Positions 25,114-35,873 are shown, counted from the first letter of the stretch. The stretch: 63,541 bases of DNA from a virus (IMGVR_UViG_3300032322_001418:1-63541); one strand, 5' to 3'. Notes: generated from the sequence alone by a model not told the origin. Numbers and translations are program-made.

Positions 25114-27552
25114 ATGGCTGCGCTGAATGGTGTGCTGACCGATGCGCCACGCATCAACGAGATGCCGGCCGACGATACTGGCGACTTCGAGACCGAGATC
25201 GATGGCGTCCTGATCAGTCGGCGCGGCGAGAATGTCGTGGTGGACTTCGCCCCCGGCGCTGACCGCGCTGGCCGGGATGACTCCGAGGGCCATTCCGGCA
25301 ACCTGTGCAGCCAGCTGCCGGAAAGTGAGCTGGCCAACCTTGCCAGCAAGATCATCGAGTACGTCGATGTGGACATCGAATCGCGCAAGGACTGGCAGCG
25401 GCGCATCGATCAGGCCATGGAGCTGATGGGTCTGAACAACATCCCGATGGACTCCCTGCCATTCGACGGCGCGTCTGCGGTGACCTATCCGCTGATCGGC
25501 GAAGCCGTGGTGCAGTTCCAAGCGAGGGCCATCGAGGAGATCTTCCCGTCTGATGGTCCGGCCAAGGTCAAGATCGTTGGCGAGCGGACGCCGGATCGCG
25601 AGGCGCAGGCGGAGCGTGTCCGTGAGCATATGAACTACCAGATGCTCGACCAAGACAGGTCGTACTTCTGGCAGACGGACATGATGCTGTTCTACCTGCC
25701 GCTGGGTGGGTCGGCCTTCAAGAAAACCTACTTCGACCCGATCCAGCAGATGACGGTCAGTCGATTCGTGCGCAGCAGCGACTTCATCGTGCCCTATGTG
25801 GCGACCGATCTTGCCTCAGCGCCGCGCTACACGCATCGCATGATCAAGACCGACAGCGAGATGAAAAAGCTGTTCGCGTCAGGGTTCTACCGTGAAGTGC
25901 CGCTGATGCAGGGCGGCTGGCTCACAGACACCGACAGCAACGAGCAGGCGGCGATCGACAAGGCGGACAGCAGGACTGCCTCGACCCACTACGATGACAA
26001 CAAGAACACGCTGCTGGAATGTCACATCGATCTGAGCCTGTCGTGTGACGAGGGGATGGCTGAGCATCCGCTGCCGTACATCGTCACGGTTCTCAAGGAA
26101 ACGCAGCAGGTCATTGGCGTCAGGCGCAACTGGAAGGAAGGCGACCAGACCTTCCGCAAGCGCATCTACTTCACCCACTATCGCTACCTGCCCGGCTTCG
26201 GGTTCTACGGATTCGGCCTGCTGCATCTGATCGGGTCGGTGGCCGAGGCCACGTCGTCATCGATTCGTGCGCTGCTGGACTCGGCGGCATTCGCCAACAT
26301 GCAGGGCGGCTACGCGTCCAGCGACGCCAAGTTCAAGCCGGGCGACGAGCGCATCGCCCCGGGCGTGTACAAGCAGGTCAACATGACCGCCGAGGAGCTG
26401 GCGAGGGCGTTCTATACGCCACCGTTCCGCGAGCCCTCGGCTGCCTTGGCCCGCCTCTTTGAGGCGCTGGTGCAGGCCGGCAAGTCGTTCACCTCGACCA
26501 CCGAGGCGATGACCGGAGAGGCCCCGACCACCGCTCCGGTCGGCACGACGATCGCCATGATCGAGCAGGGCAGCAAGGTATTCAGCGGCATTCACCGCCG
26601 GCTGCACATGGCGGCGGCCGAGGAATTCTCGCTGCGTGCCGAGCTGAACCACGAGTTCCTGCCAGACGAGTACCCCTACGAGGTAGAGGGCGGGGCCAAG
26701 ATGGTCCTGCGGCAGGACTATGACGGTCGCGTGGACGTGATCCCGGTCTCCGACCCGAATATCTTCTCGACCGCCCAGCGGATCGCGCAGGGGCAGGCGT
26801 TGATCGAGCTGTCGGCTGGGTCGCCTGACCTGTACGACCGGCGCAAGGTCCACATCAGGTTCCTCAAGAGCATCCGCGTGGCCGATCCGGAGGACTTGCT
26901 GCTGCCGGAGCAGGAGGTCAAGCGCTGCGACGCGATCACCGAGAACGCCAAGATGCTGACTGGTCGCCCGGCCAAGGCGTTTGTCGAGCAGGACCACGAC
27001 GCCCACATTGCGGCGCACATGAACTTCATGGCTGGCCTTAACAAGGATGCGCTGCAGATCGTCGGTATGCCGATGCAGGCGCACCTCGCTGAGCATTACG
27101 CCATGAAGTACTACGTGCAGATGAACCGCATGGCCAACGGCCAGCTGCCGCCGCTACAGCTTGACGCTGCCGGCGAGGAAGCAGAGCTTCCGCCTGAGGC
27201 TGATGCGATGATGTCGCAGTTTGCCGCGCAGGCTGGGCCGATCCAACTGATGCCTCCGGACGAGGAGGGGCCTGACGCAGAGCAGCAGGCGGCCATGGCC
27301 GAGGAGCAGCGCAAGCAGATGGCCTTCGAGGCCGAGCAGGCGCGCAAGCAGCAGGAGCACGAGCTGGAGCTGCAGCGGTCGCAGGAGAAGTTCGAGGCCG
27401 AGCTAGAGCGCGACAACCTGCGCGTCATGATGAACATCGACCGCGAGGACCAGAGCGCCGCAGCCAAGCAACGTCGCGAGGATGCGATGGCGCAGGTCAA
27501 GGCAAAGACAGCGCGAGGGAAGACAGGTGGAAAGGGTACTCAAGCCAAGTGA
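25114..27552 (+). CDS. Portal protein
   Basis: Follows terL; YPLIGEAVVQFQARA, LPLGGSAFKKTYFD, YLPGFGFYGFGLLHL, APVGTTIAMIEQG, VIPVSDPN; acidic coiled-coil tail. Confidence 0.92.
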   Translation: MAALNGVLTDAPRINEMPADDTGDFETEIDGVLISRRGENVVVDFAPGADRAGRDDSEGHSGNLCSQLPESELANLASKIIEYVDVDIESRKDWQRRIDQAMELMGLNNIPMDSLPFDGASAVTYPLIGEAVVQFQARAIEEIFPSDGPAKVKIVGERTPDREAQAERVREHMNYQMLDQDRSYFWQTDMMLFYLPLGGSAFKKTYFDPIQQMTVSRFVRSSDFIVPYVATDLASAPRYTHRMIKTDSEMKKLFASGFYREVPLMQGGWLTDTDSNEQAAIDKADSRTASTHYDDNKNTLLECHIDLSLSCDEGMAEHPLPYIVTVLKETQQVIGVRRNWKEGDQTFRKRIYFTHYRYLPGFGFYGFGLLHLIGSVAEATSSSIRALLDSAAFANMQGGYASSDAKFKPGDERIAPGVYKQVNMTAEELARAFYTPPFREPSAALARLFEALVQAGKSFTSTTEAMTGEAPTTAPVGTTIAMIEQGSKVFSGIHRRLHMAAAEEFSLRAELNHEFLPDEYPYEVEGGAKMVLRQDYDGRVDVIPVSDPNIFSTAQRIAQGQALIELSAGSPDLYDRRKVHIRFLKSIRVADPEDLLLPEQEVKRCDAITENAKMLTGRPAKAFVEQDHDAHIAAHMNFMAGLNKDALQIVGMPMQAHLAEHYAMKYYVQMNRMANGQLPPLQLDAAGEEAELPPEADAMMSQFAAQAGPIQLMPPDEEGPDAEQQAAMAEEQRKQMAFEAEQARKQQEHELELQRSQEKFEAELERDNLRVMMNIDREDQSAAAKQRREDAMAQVKAKTARGKTGGKGTQAK

Positions 27553-27966
27553 GGTGCGGGCGGCACGTGAGTTTCTGCGCAAGCGTGGCGTGCGCGGCGT
27601 GTCCCCCCGTAAGTTTGCCGGTGCCAGCGCTGAGACCGGCTTGTCGTTTCAGACCCTGCTTGCAAGTCTGGCGGGGGTAGCAAGGAAGATTCAATCATGA
27701 GCATCACAGTCCGTCGTTTCGTGACCGACTTCGAGAAGATCGTGTCTCAGAATGTCGTGGAGGAATCCATGAAGCTGAGCAGGGGGATTGCGCCCGACTA
27801 TGCCATCTACAAGCAGTCGTGCGGCTACCGTGCGGGTCTGGAGGCGGCCGTCGCCATCGCCCGGGAGATGCTGAAGCAGATCGAGGATCTGCAGGACCGC
27901 GACGAGGGTGGCGAGCTGCCCGAGATCAAGCCTGCCCGACAGCCCAAGCAGAGGGTTCAGGCATGA
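27527..27966 (+). CDS. Two small head-operon proteins (27527-27700, 27697-27966)
   Basis: Coupled ORFs; the second has DYAIYKQSCGYRAGLE. Confidence 0.65.
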
Positions 27967-28361
27967 CGGTCAAGCAGTGTACGTTCGAGGCTCCGGTGCG
28001 TGACCTGAACGCCTGCCCGATCAAGCCACTTGGCTGGCGGCTGGTGATCGCGCCATACGAGCCCGAGAACACCTCGCAGGGTGGCATCCTGATTGCCGAG
28101 CAGGCGCTCGAATCGGAGCGGCTGCTGACCTTCTGCGGCAAGGTGGTCGCTGTCGGAGAGGCGTGCTACAAGGCCGTGACCCGTTCCGGCCTTGACATGT
28201 CGCTATGGGAGCGGACCCCGAAGGTGGGCGACTGGGTGATTTACGGAACCTATGGTGGTCAGCGTGTCGTGACCAAGGGCGGTGCCCGTTTCGTGATCAC
28301 CAATGACGATGCGGTGCTGGCCATCGTGGATGGTCCGCAGGACTTCAAGTACTACCTGTGA
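27963..28361 (+). CDS. GroES-like co-chaperonin
   Basis: IKPLGWRLVI...TSQGGILI...GKVVAVG...KVGDWVIYGTYGG...ITNDDAVLAIV. Confidence 0.9.
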   Translation: MTVKQCTFEAPVRDLNACPIKPLGWRLVIAPYEPENTSQGGILIAEQALESERLLTFCGKVVAVGEACYKAVTRSGLDMSLWERTPKVGDWVIYGTYGGQRVVTKGGARFVITNDDAVLAIVDGPQDFKYYL

Positions 28362-28371
28362 GGTGATCGCC

Positions 28372-29412
28372 ATGCCCAAGCATGAGATCGTGTTCGAGGA
28401 CTTGCGCGGATCCCCTGATGAAGGCGTCGTGCAGGTTGACCTCGACAAGGAAGACGAGCGTTTCGGAATCAAGCGTCTGGAACAGGACGACCCGAAGGGC
28501 AAGGCCGAGCCCGATGGCCGGGCTGGCGATGGCGAGGAGGCCGACGAGGCTGACGCTGCCAAGGCCAAGCCGATGATCGGCCGGGACGATGACGAGGAGC
28601 AGGGCTCTGACGAGAGCGATGACGACTACTCCGAGCGTGTCCGTAAGCGCATCGACCGTGAGCGCAAAGCCAAGCAGAAGGCGGCCGAGGAGCGCGACTA
28701 CTGGAAGCAGAAAGCCGACGAGATGTCGCAGCAGCTGGCAGAGTCGCGGCGCGTCACCAGCGAGCGGACGGTCAAGGCAATCGATGACCAGATCTCGGCT
28801 ACTGAGAAGGCGCTTGAGGATGCCATCGAGTCAGGCAAGACCTCAGATCAGGTGCGGCTGACCTCCAAGCTCACCGATCTCAAGGCTGAGCGCATCACCA
28901 CCCTGCTGAACAAGGAAGACGATAGTTCCACGGAAACCGTTGAACGGAACGGCGAAGCTGGTAAAGTCGCCGATAAGCGGTCGGAGACCAATCCCTTGGT
29001 CACCAAGTGGGTAAAGTCGAACGCCGATTGGTATGGAAAGAGAGGTTTTGAGAGGCAGACTCGCCTTGCCAATCGGATCGATCGCGAGGTGTACGAGGAT
29101 GGGTTCTCGCCGACAGACCCCGATTATTTCGAGGAGCTGGACCGGCGACTGAAGGACAAGGTGCCCGAGCTGTTCGACAGTGACCAGCCACGGGAGCGTC
29201 GTCCGATCAGGTCACCAGTTGCCCCGCTTGGAGGGGCAGAGGATGAGCGCCCGATCCGTCGTTCAGGGAACAAGGTTGAGATCACCGGCGAAGATCGCGA
29301 GACCATGATCCGATTCGGACTTGATCCCAACGACCCTGAGGCGCTTCGTGAATTCGCGCGCAACAAGCGCGAGGCCGAGGCAGATCAGCGTCGTTACGCG
29401 AGGAGCCGTTGA
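28372..29412 (+). CDS. Capsid scaffolding protein
   Basis: Acidic coiled coil (YSERVRKRI), WVKSNADWYG, YFEELDRRL; upstream of the capsid genes. Confidence 0.8.
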   Translation: MPKHEIVFEDLRGSPDEGVVQVDLDKEDERFGIKRLEQDDPKGKAEPDGRAGDGEEADEADAAKAKPMIGRDDDEEQGSDESDDDYSERVRKRIDRERKAKQKAAEERDYWKQKADEMSQQLAESRRVTSERTVKAIDDQISATEKALEDAIESGKTSDQVRLTSKLTDLKAERITTLLNKEDDSSTETVERNGEAGKVADKRSETNPLVTKWVKSNADWYGKRGFERQTRLANRIDREVYEDGFSPTDPDYFEELDRRLKDKVPELFDSDQPRERRPIRSPVAPLGGAEDERPIRRSGNKVEITGEDRETMIRFGLDPNDPEALREFARNKREAEADQRRYARSR

Positions 29413-29948
29413 TGAACAGGAAAACTGCCGCTGAGCAAGCCGTAGTGACCGAGCATGGCGTCGTCCATGCCCACGAGACTCGTGTGGACGAGACCTCGGA
29501 TGTAAATGCCACCCACCCGAGCGGGAGCGCTCCATGGGTCCGCCCGACCAGCCTAGACGCGCCGCCGGCGCGACCGGGGATGGTGCAACGGTGGATCCGT
29601 CGAACGGTCCGGGGTGAGGCCGATCCCAAGAACTTGAATCGTGTGTGGCGAGAGGGCTGGCGTCCGCGCAGCCCGGATTCGTTGCCAGATGAGTGGCGCG
29701 TATTCGCCAACTTCGCGAACAAGAACGAGGGAATGATCGTGGTGGATGACCTGATCCTGATGGAAATCCCAGAGTCAGTCCTCGCTGAAAAGCGTCGGCA
29801 CATTGCCGACCAGACCAAGATGCAGATGGTCGGCGTGGAGCATGACTTGACGAATTCGCAGGTGAAAGGCCATCCGATCTTCAAGGATCACAAAACGTCG
29901 GTAAGCCACCCTTCCCGCAGACGCGTGGAAGTCGCTGACGACGAATGA
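29412..29948 (+). CDS. Conserved head-operon protein
   Basis: WVRPTSLDAPPARPGMVQRWIR...REGWRP...LILMEIP. Confidence 0.75.
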   Translation: MNRKTAAEQAVVTEHGVVHAHETRVDETSDVNATHPSGSAPWVRPTSLDAPPARPGMVQRWIRRTVRGEADPKNLNRVWREGWRPRSPDSLPDEWRVFANFANKNEGMIVVDDLILMEIPESVLAEKRRHIADQTKMQMVGVEHDLTNSQVKGHPIFKDHKTSVSHPSRRRVEVADDE

Positions 29949-29956
29949 GGTAACGT

Positions 29957-30526
29957 ATGGCCAATGTCAATGCTCCGCGCGGCCTGTGGCCGGTGCGTCA
30001 TGGCACTGGTGGCGTGATCCGTCTGGAGGAGTTCACGATTGCTTCCGGCCTTACGGCTGACATTTTCCTCGGAGATGTCGTCCGCTCGACCGGCACTGGC
30101 AAGAACATCCAGCGCGCCACCAATGCCGCCGATATCCTCGGCGTGTTCGCCGGCTGTCAGTACATCGATGCCAATGGCGACGTTCAGTTCGCCAAGCAGT
30201 GGAAGTCTGGCACCGCAACTCTGGGTACGCAGAAGGCGACTGCTTGGGTCTACGCAGACCCAAACATCATCTTCGGCGCTCAGATCGCCACCATCGCTGA
30301 GGCTGATGTCAACCTGTTTGCCGACCTCGTGGTTGGCACCGGCAACGCACTGACCGGCGTTTCCGGCGACACGGTGACCATCACCACGGGTGACCAGTTC
30401 CGCGTCATCGGGCTGCTGCCTGATGCTGTGGCTGGGGCTCTTTCGGAGTATGGCGCTTACGCCAAGGTCGAACTCCAGTGTGTCCGTCACGAGCGCTTCG
30501 CGGCGACTCTGGCGACGGCAGTCTAA
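29957..30526 (+). CDS. Putative capsid decoration/minor capsid protein
   Basis: MANVNAPRGLWPV...IFLGDVV...LGVFAGCQY; directly upstream of the MCP. Confidence 0.7.
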   Translation: MANVNAPRGLWPVRHGTGGVIRLEEFTIASGLTADIFLGDVVRSTGTGKNIQRATNAADILGVFAGCQYIDANGDVQFAKQWKSGTATLGTQKATAWVYADPNIIFGAQIATIAEADVNLFADLVVGTGNALTGVSGDTVTITTGDQFRVIGLLPDAVAGALSEYGAYAKVELQCVRHERFAATLATAV

Positions 30527-30540
30527 GGAGGTAACTGACC

Positions 30541-31455
30541 ATGAGCGTCATGAATCGCGCACGGTTCCGCAAGCAGCTTCAGGAAGGCCTCAACACGGTC
30601 TTCGGTCTGGAGTATCGCCGGTACGAGCAGGAGTGGCGGCCGATCTTCGATGTCGCCAACTCCAGCAAGGCATACGAGGAGGATGTCCTCCTCGCGGGTC
30701 TGGCTGGTGCCCCTGTCAAGCCGGAGGGTGCCCCGGTCGCCTACGACATGGGCGGCGAGGCATTCGTGTCCCGCTACGTCCACGAGACGATCGCGCTGGC
30801 GTTCGCCATCACCGAGGAGGCCGAGGAGGACAACCTCTATGGCAGCGTCGGCCAGAAGTACGCCCGCGCTCTCGCTCGCTCGATGCAGCACACCAAGGAA
30901 GTGAAGGGTGCGGCCATCCTCAACAATGGCTTCAGCGCTTCGTTCCCGGGTGGTGACGGTGTTGCCCTGTTCAGCACCTCGCATCCGCTGTTCGGTGGTG
31001 GCACGCAGTCCAACACCTTCGCGACGCAGGCCGATCTCAGCGAGACCTCGCTGGAGGAGGCGCTGATCGCGATCAGCAAGTTCGTGGACGAGCGTGGCAT
31101 TCCGGTCGCTGTTCGCGGCCAGCGTCTGATCGTGCCCCCGGACCTGATCTTCGTTGCCGAGCGCCTGCTCGCCTCGACGGGTCGCCCGGGCACGGCTGAC
31201 AACGACGTGAATGCGATCCGGTCGATGGGCATGCTGCCCGGTGGCATGGCCCAGAACCATCGCCTGACCGACTCCAACGCATGGTTCATCAAGACCGACT
31301 GCCCGGATGGTCTGAAGCACATGGTGCGCAAGAACATCCAGCGCGGCCTCGAAGGCGACTTCGAGACGGGGAACATGCGTTACAAGGCGCGTGAGCGCTA
31401 CAGCTTCGGCTGGAGCGACTACCGTGGCGTGTTCGGTTCGAGCGGTGTGAACTGA
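30541..31455 (+). CDS. Major capsid protein
   Basis: LQEGLNTVFG, HETIALAFAITEEAEEDNLY, GDGVALFSTSHP, DFETGNMRYKARERYSFGWSD; TAAGGAGG RBS. Confidence 0.93.
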   Translation: MSVMNRARFRKQLQEGLNTVFGLEYRRYEQEWRPIFDVANSSKAYEEDVLLAGLAGAPVKPEGAPVAYDMGGEAFVSRYVHETIALAFAITEEAEEDNLYGSVGQKYARALARSMQHTKEVKGAAILNNGFSASFPGGDGVALFSTSHPLFGGGTQSNTFATQADLSETSLEEALIAISKFVDERGIPVAVRGQRLIVPPDLIFVAERLLASTGRPGTADNDVNAIRSMGMLPGGMAQNHRLTDSNAWFIKTDCPDGLKHMVRKNIQRGLEGDFETGNMRYKARERYSFGWSDYRGVFGSSGVN

Positions 31456-31462
31456 GCGACCT

Positions 31463-31486
31463 GAGGGGGGCCGAGAGGCCCCCCTC
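31463..31486 (+). terminator. Hairpin after the MCP (terminator/stabiliser)
   Basis: GAGGGGGGCC-GAGA-GGCCCCCCTC; weak U tract. Confidence 0.65.
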
Positions 31487-31528
31487 TCCCTTAAGCCCTG
31501 ACGACCCGCAAGGGACAGGAGACGACAG

Positions 31529-32321
31529 ATGGGCAAGAGAGTGACTTTCGCCGGCTACATTCGGCAGCGCGGCAACTCCGATTCCAAGACCCCGGCCTCG
31601 CCGGGCGTTACCATGAACTACCTGCGCTGTCAGGTGACCCCGACGCAGGCCATGGGCTCGATGACGCCCAAGCGCATCCTGCCGAAGGGTGCGATTCCGC
31701 TGCACTTGATCACCCTTGGCGGGGCGACCGGCGGCACCAACCCGACCATCGACGTTCAGCTGGCTGGCGGCGCCGCTGCCGGTCTGGCGAATGAGCTTGA
31801 CGCCGACACCCTCTCGACTGCGCTGGTCACGTCCGGCGCGTCGCTTGGCGCTGCGCTCACGGCTGACACCGAGGTGCAGGCTGGTGTTGGTGCGTCTGCT
31901 GCGACGGGCGGCACCACGACGTTCCTGATCGGCTACCTGATGCAGGACGACCTCAAGCTCAACGACTGATAGGGGGTGAGTCATGCGTCCTATCAGGCTG
32001 GCTGTAGCTGCAGCCGGAACGTACTACATCCCGGTCAACCGGGAAGTGGTCAATACGGTCTGCGAGATCGAGCTGTCGGGGCTGACGATCACGTCAGTGT
32101 CGTGGACGAATGCCAACATCCGGATGGGTGCGTCGCCGGCAAATGGCGGGCCGATCAACGCCCCTGACAACGGGGTGGCTGCGGCAAGCGCGCCGTGGCA
32201 GGCGATCACCGCAGCGACTGATGGCAGCTACCGGGTCGATTTCCCGATCGACAGCCTGCGTGTTGTCCTCGCCGGTGCAGGCTCTGCCAACATCTACGTC
32301 AATCAGGAAGCGGATGGCTGA
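31529..32321 (+). CDS. Two putative virion proteins (31529-31969, 31983-32321)
   Basis: Beta-rich Gly/Ala/Thr ORFs with good RBSs immediately after the MCP. Confidence 0.7.
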
Positions 32322-33034
32322 TGGCAACCTCCGGGCGCTACCTGTTCAACCCCGTCATCGCCGAGATGGTGGATGAGGCGTTCGAGCGCTGCCGGATCGA
32401 TGCTGCACTGCTGACGGCAAGGCACATCGAATCCGCGCGGCGCTCGATGCGCTTCATGGTGGCTGACTGGGCGACCGAGGAGCATCACGAGTTCCGCATT
32501 CGTCAGGTGTCATTCACGCTGACGACCGGGCAGAGTGTCTATACCGGCGGCGATGACATTGGCGACCCGTTCGGCAGCAACGTCATCGATGTCCTTGGCG
32601 TGGTCCTGCGGCGAGACAATAGCGACACGCCGCTGTCGCTGATCTCCCGCTCCGACTACCTGAACATCCCGAGCAAGGACATCACTGGGCGTCCTGACCA
32701 GTACTTCGTGGACAAGCAGCGCGACGAGCTGTCGATCACGGTGTGGCCGGTGCCAGAGAACTCGACCGACGAGCTGGTCATGGACCTGCTGGTCCAGTTC
32801 GAGGACAGCGACACTGCGTCGCTCAACGCCGACATCCCATACTACCTGTACGACGCCTTCGCCAGCGGGCTGGCCGCGCGTCTGGCCGAGAAGTTTGCCA
32901 CGCCAGAGCTGGAGGAAAAACTGTGGCTCAAGGCTGGCAGGGCCTTGAAGCGTGCCACGGTAGCCCAGCGTGAGCCCGGCGACATCCGGCTGGTGCCGAC
33001 CCATCGCGGCAGGGGTGGCGCAAGGATCCGCTAA
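32321..33034 (+). CDS. Head-tail adaptor-like protein
   Basis: MATSG.Y.F...EAFER, ARRS, ISRSDYLNIPSK...GRPDQYFVDKQ, VWPVP. Confidence 0.75.
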   Translation: MATSGRYLFNPVIAEMVDEAFERCRIDAALLTARHIESARRSMRFMVADWATEEHHEFRIRQVSFTLTTGQSVYTGGDDIGDPFGSNVIDVLGVVLRRDNSDTPLSLISRSDYLNIPSKDITGRPDQYFVDKQRDELSITVWPVPENSTDELVMDLLVQFEDSDTASLNADIPYYLYDAFASGLAARLAEKFATPELEEKLWLKAGRALKRATVAQREPGDIRLVPTHRGRGGARIR

Positions 33035-33564
33035 TGGCCAGCCGCCGCTACGCGCGAGGTGATCGCGCCCTCGCAGAATGTCAGCGGTCTGGCAAGCGGG
33101 TTCCGTACCGGGATCTGGTCGAGGACGGCCACGTCAAGGGGCTGATGGTGGCCCCTGACTGGTACGAGCCGAAGCACCCGCAGGAGTCGCCCGTCGTGGC
33201 GACCGACAGCAGCTCGCTGCACCGTCCATCCCCTGAGTTTTCTGCGCCGCCGACCGAAGGCGTGCTTGGCGACGCAACGCCAAACCTGCTGTATCAGGCG
33301 ACCACGACCTTGGCTGTCGATCTGCAGGACGGCATGCACCGGCTGCTGGTCAACGACGCAGTGGTCGCGACCTACGGCACGCCCATCTGGGTTGGCATCT
33401 TGGAGGACGAGGCAGTCATTGGCTGGGTGCTGCTGTTCGTCGGCGCTGAGCTGACCGAGCCCACCTACGCGGTTCCACTGCAATCCTGCCCTCACTTGGA
33501 GGCCCCAGCGCCTGCTGGCGGGCCGGTTTATATTGGCCCCAACGGCAACGGCATCTTGAATTGA
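33034..33564 (+). CDS. Conserved virion-operon protein with C-terminal extension
   Basis: ALAECQRSG...GLMVAPDWYEPKHPQ. Confidence 0.65.
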   Translation: MASRRYARGDRALAECQRSGKRVPYRDLVEDGHVKGLMVAPDWYEPKHPQESPVVATDSSSLHRPSPEFSAPPTEGVLGDATPNLLYQATTTLAVDLQDGMHRLLVNDAVVATYGTPIWVGILEDEAVIGWVLLFVGAELTEPTYAVPLQSCPHLEAPAPAGGPVYIGPNGNGILN

Positions 33565-33573
33565 GGGGCCACC

Positions 33574-34221
33574 ATGAACTACACGACGCTGGTTCAGAAC
33601 CTGCAGAACTGGATGGAGGACGACGGGCTTGAGTTTGCCGGCTCGATAGAGCAGCTGGTTGCTATCGCCCACCGTCGCGTCTGCCGCGACCTAGACTTGG
33701 CGCTGTTTGTCGGCAGCGGAAGCTCCAACACGGCCAATGGCAACCCGGTGCTGACCAAGCCCTCGGTTACCGGGATCATCGCCTTTTCCACGCTGCGCTA
33801 CACCAACGCAGGCAGGCAGACGATCCTTTCCCAGCGCTCGCTGGATTACGTGCTCGACTACGCCGGCAACTCGACCGGCGGCCCGCCGCTGTACTACGCC
33901 GACCTGTCTGAGACGCAGTGGACGCTGGCACCAGTGCCGGCCGCAACCCATGCGGTGACCTGCACTGGAAGCATCGATCCGCCGCCATTGTCCACCACGG
34001 TGGCAACCACGTGGCTTGGCGATGCCCTGCCAGACCTGCTGTTCAAGGCCTGCAAGCAGGAGGCCGAGGGTTTCCTGAAGGCGGACGACCGCATCCAGAT
34101 CTGGACGCAGCAGTACGCAGAGGCGCTGCCGATCGCCAAGCGCTACCTCTATGATCTGCTGCGAGCCCGTTACCAACTGACCCCCATGCAAGTGCCGGCA
34201 CAGCCGACCATTGCGAGGTAA
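33574..34221 (+). CDS. Head-tail adaptor/tail protein
   Basis: MNYTTLVQNLQNW, P.YYA...LAPVP, TTWLGD..PDLL..AC..EA..FLK. Confidence 0.75.
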   Translation: MNYTTLVQNLQNWMEDDGLEFAGSIEQLVAIAHRRVCRDLDLALFVGSGSSNTANGNPVLTKPSVTGIIAFSTLRYTNAGRQTILSQRSLDYVLDYAGNSTGGPPLYYADLSETQWTLAPVPAATHAVTCTGSIDPPPLSTTVATTWLGDALPDLLFKACKQEAEGFLKADDRIQIWTQQYAEALPIAKRYLYDLLRARYQLTPMQVPAQPTIAR

Positions 34222-34224
34222 GCC

Positions 34225-35067
34225 ATGCCGAGCTATTCAGACCTGTTGCGGTTGACGCTGCAGAACGCCGGTGAGAACGAATCGACGTGGGGCGATGTCG
34301 CCAATGCCGTGTTCGATCTGCTGGAAGATGCGATTGCCGGCCTGACTTCGGTGTCGGTGACCAGCGGCGACGCAACGCTGTCGGCCCTCAATGGCACCGC
34401 CGACCAGTCGCGCCGCGCGATCATCGAGGTCACCGGAAACCCCGGCGTGGCGCGCAACGTGAACGTGCCTGCGCTGACCAAGTGCTACGTGGTCAACAAC
34501 CGGACCACCGGCGGGCAGAACGTCACCATCAAGACTGCCGCTGGCACCGGCGTCCTGCTGCCGGCGAATGTGCCGTACATCGTCTACTGCGACGGCTCCA
34601 ACGTGTATGGTGTTGGCGCAGCGGTCGCCACCTTGGCGACATCAGCCACCAGCGCAGACACGGCTACCAATGCCCTGTCGCTGGGCGGATACGTTGCGGC
34701 AAGCTACCCGAGGCTGGCGGCGGCAAACACGTTCACGGCAGCCCAAAGCGTGCAGCGTGTTGCCCTGACCAGCGCCGCATCGATCACCATCAATGCTGCG
34801 TTGTCGAACTGCTACAGCCTGACAGCGTTGCAGAACTTCACGCTGGCCAATCCCACTGGCGGTACTGATGGCGAGACCCTGCGTGTCGTGATCAAGCAGG
34901 GTGCTGGCGGCCCATACACGATCACCTTCGGCTCGAAGTGGGTATTCCCAAGTGGTGCAGTGCCGGCGCTGACGGCTACTGTCGGAGCTAGAGATTATCT
35001 GGCTGCCGAATACTATGCGGCCGACGATGTGTGGCTGGCGGCGATGAATCGCGACATGAAGGTGTGA
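34225..35067 (+). CDS. Tail protein
   Basis: GENESTWG, LEDAIAG, YVVNNRT, VYCDGSNV. Confidence 0.7.
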   Translation: MPSYSDLLRLTLQNAGENESTWGDVANAVFDLLEDAIAGLTSVSVTSGDATLSALNGTADQSRRAIIEVTGNPGVARNVNVPALTKCYVVNNRTTGGQNVTIKTAAGTGVLLPANVPYIVYCDGSNVYGVGAAVATLATSATSADTATNALSLGGYVAASYPRLAAANTFTAAQSVQRVALTSAASITINAALSNCYSLTALQNFTLANPTGGTDGETLRVVIKQGAGGPYTITFGSKWVFPSGAVPALTATVGARDYLAAEYYAADDVWLAAMNRDMKV

Positions 35068-35069
35068 CC

Positions 35070-35873
35070 ATGTGGGACGTGCCATTCCCATTGATGGTCG
35101 GCGGTGGCGGAAGCAAGAATCTGGTCATCGATTCTGATCTTGTTACCGGCTACACCACGATTGTCGATGGTCGCTCGTATGTTGGCGCTTATGACCTGTA
35201 TCGCGAGTGCGGCTATCCAACAGAGCCTACTTCTGTCGTTCTAACGATCAATAGCGCGGCAAAGTGCGCGATGGTCATCGTCTCCAACGATTTTGCCTCT
35301 GGCAGTTCTGTCGGCATTGTCGTCAGCGGATCGGCGCAAGTCGTTGGCGCTGGCGGGCAAGGCGGCGATGGCGGCTATGCCGATGACGGCATTGCGATGG
35401 ACGGCGGCCCCGGGCAGGCAGGCGGCGCAGCCCTATTGCTCAGCCGCAACATCAGCCTGAACATCGATGACGGCTACCTGTATGGCGGTGGCGGTGGTGG
35501 CGGTGGTGGCGCTGGCGCAATCTCCAGCAACGGTGGCTCAGGCGGCGGCGGTGGTCGCGGCTTCAACAACGCCCCCGGCGGTGCTGGCGAATGGGTGAAT
35601 GGCACTGACGGCACAGCAGGCAGCATCACGGCCCCGGGTGTTGGTGGCACTGGGGCGGCAGATGGTGGAGCTGGCGGCAACTGGGGATCTGCTGGCACTG
35701 ATGGCGCGGACACTGGCAAGAATGGCGGCGCCGGCGGTGCTGCAGGCTATGCCATCTTGGGCAGAGTCAGTGGCGTTGTCGTCACCCTGACTGGAGCCAA
35801 GAACCTCTCCACCCTGACCAGCGAAGGCCGGCTGCTTGGCAGCTATTCAGTTCCGGGCGGGAGTATCAGCTAG
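35070..35873 (+). CDS. Glycine-rich (polyglycine) receptor-binding/adhesin-like protein
   Basis: GAGGQGGDGG, GGGGGGGGGAG, GGAGGNWG, GGAGGAAGYAI; gp38-adhesin-like composition. Confidence 0.65.
   Translation: MWDVPFPLMVGGGGSKNLVIDSDLVTGYTTIVDGRSYVGAYDLYRECGYPTEPTSVVLTINSAAKCAMVIVSNDFASGSSVGIVVSGSAQVVGAGGQGGDGGYADDGIAMDGGPGQAGGAALLLSRNISLNIDDGYLYGGGGGGGGGAGAISSNGGSGGGGGRGFNNAPGGAGEWVNGTDGTAGSITAPGVGGTGAADGGAGGNWGSAGTDGADTGKNGGAGGAAGYAILGRVSGVVVTLTGAKNLSTLTSEGRLLGSYSVPGGSIS

Noticed and set aside
30523-31536. Long antisense ORFs opposite the MCP and other genes (e.g. 26257-27096, 23816-24592)
   Set aside because: Typical shadow ORFs from high GC3 codon bias; no motifs or RBS
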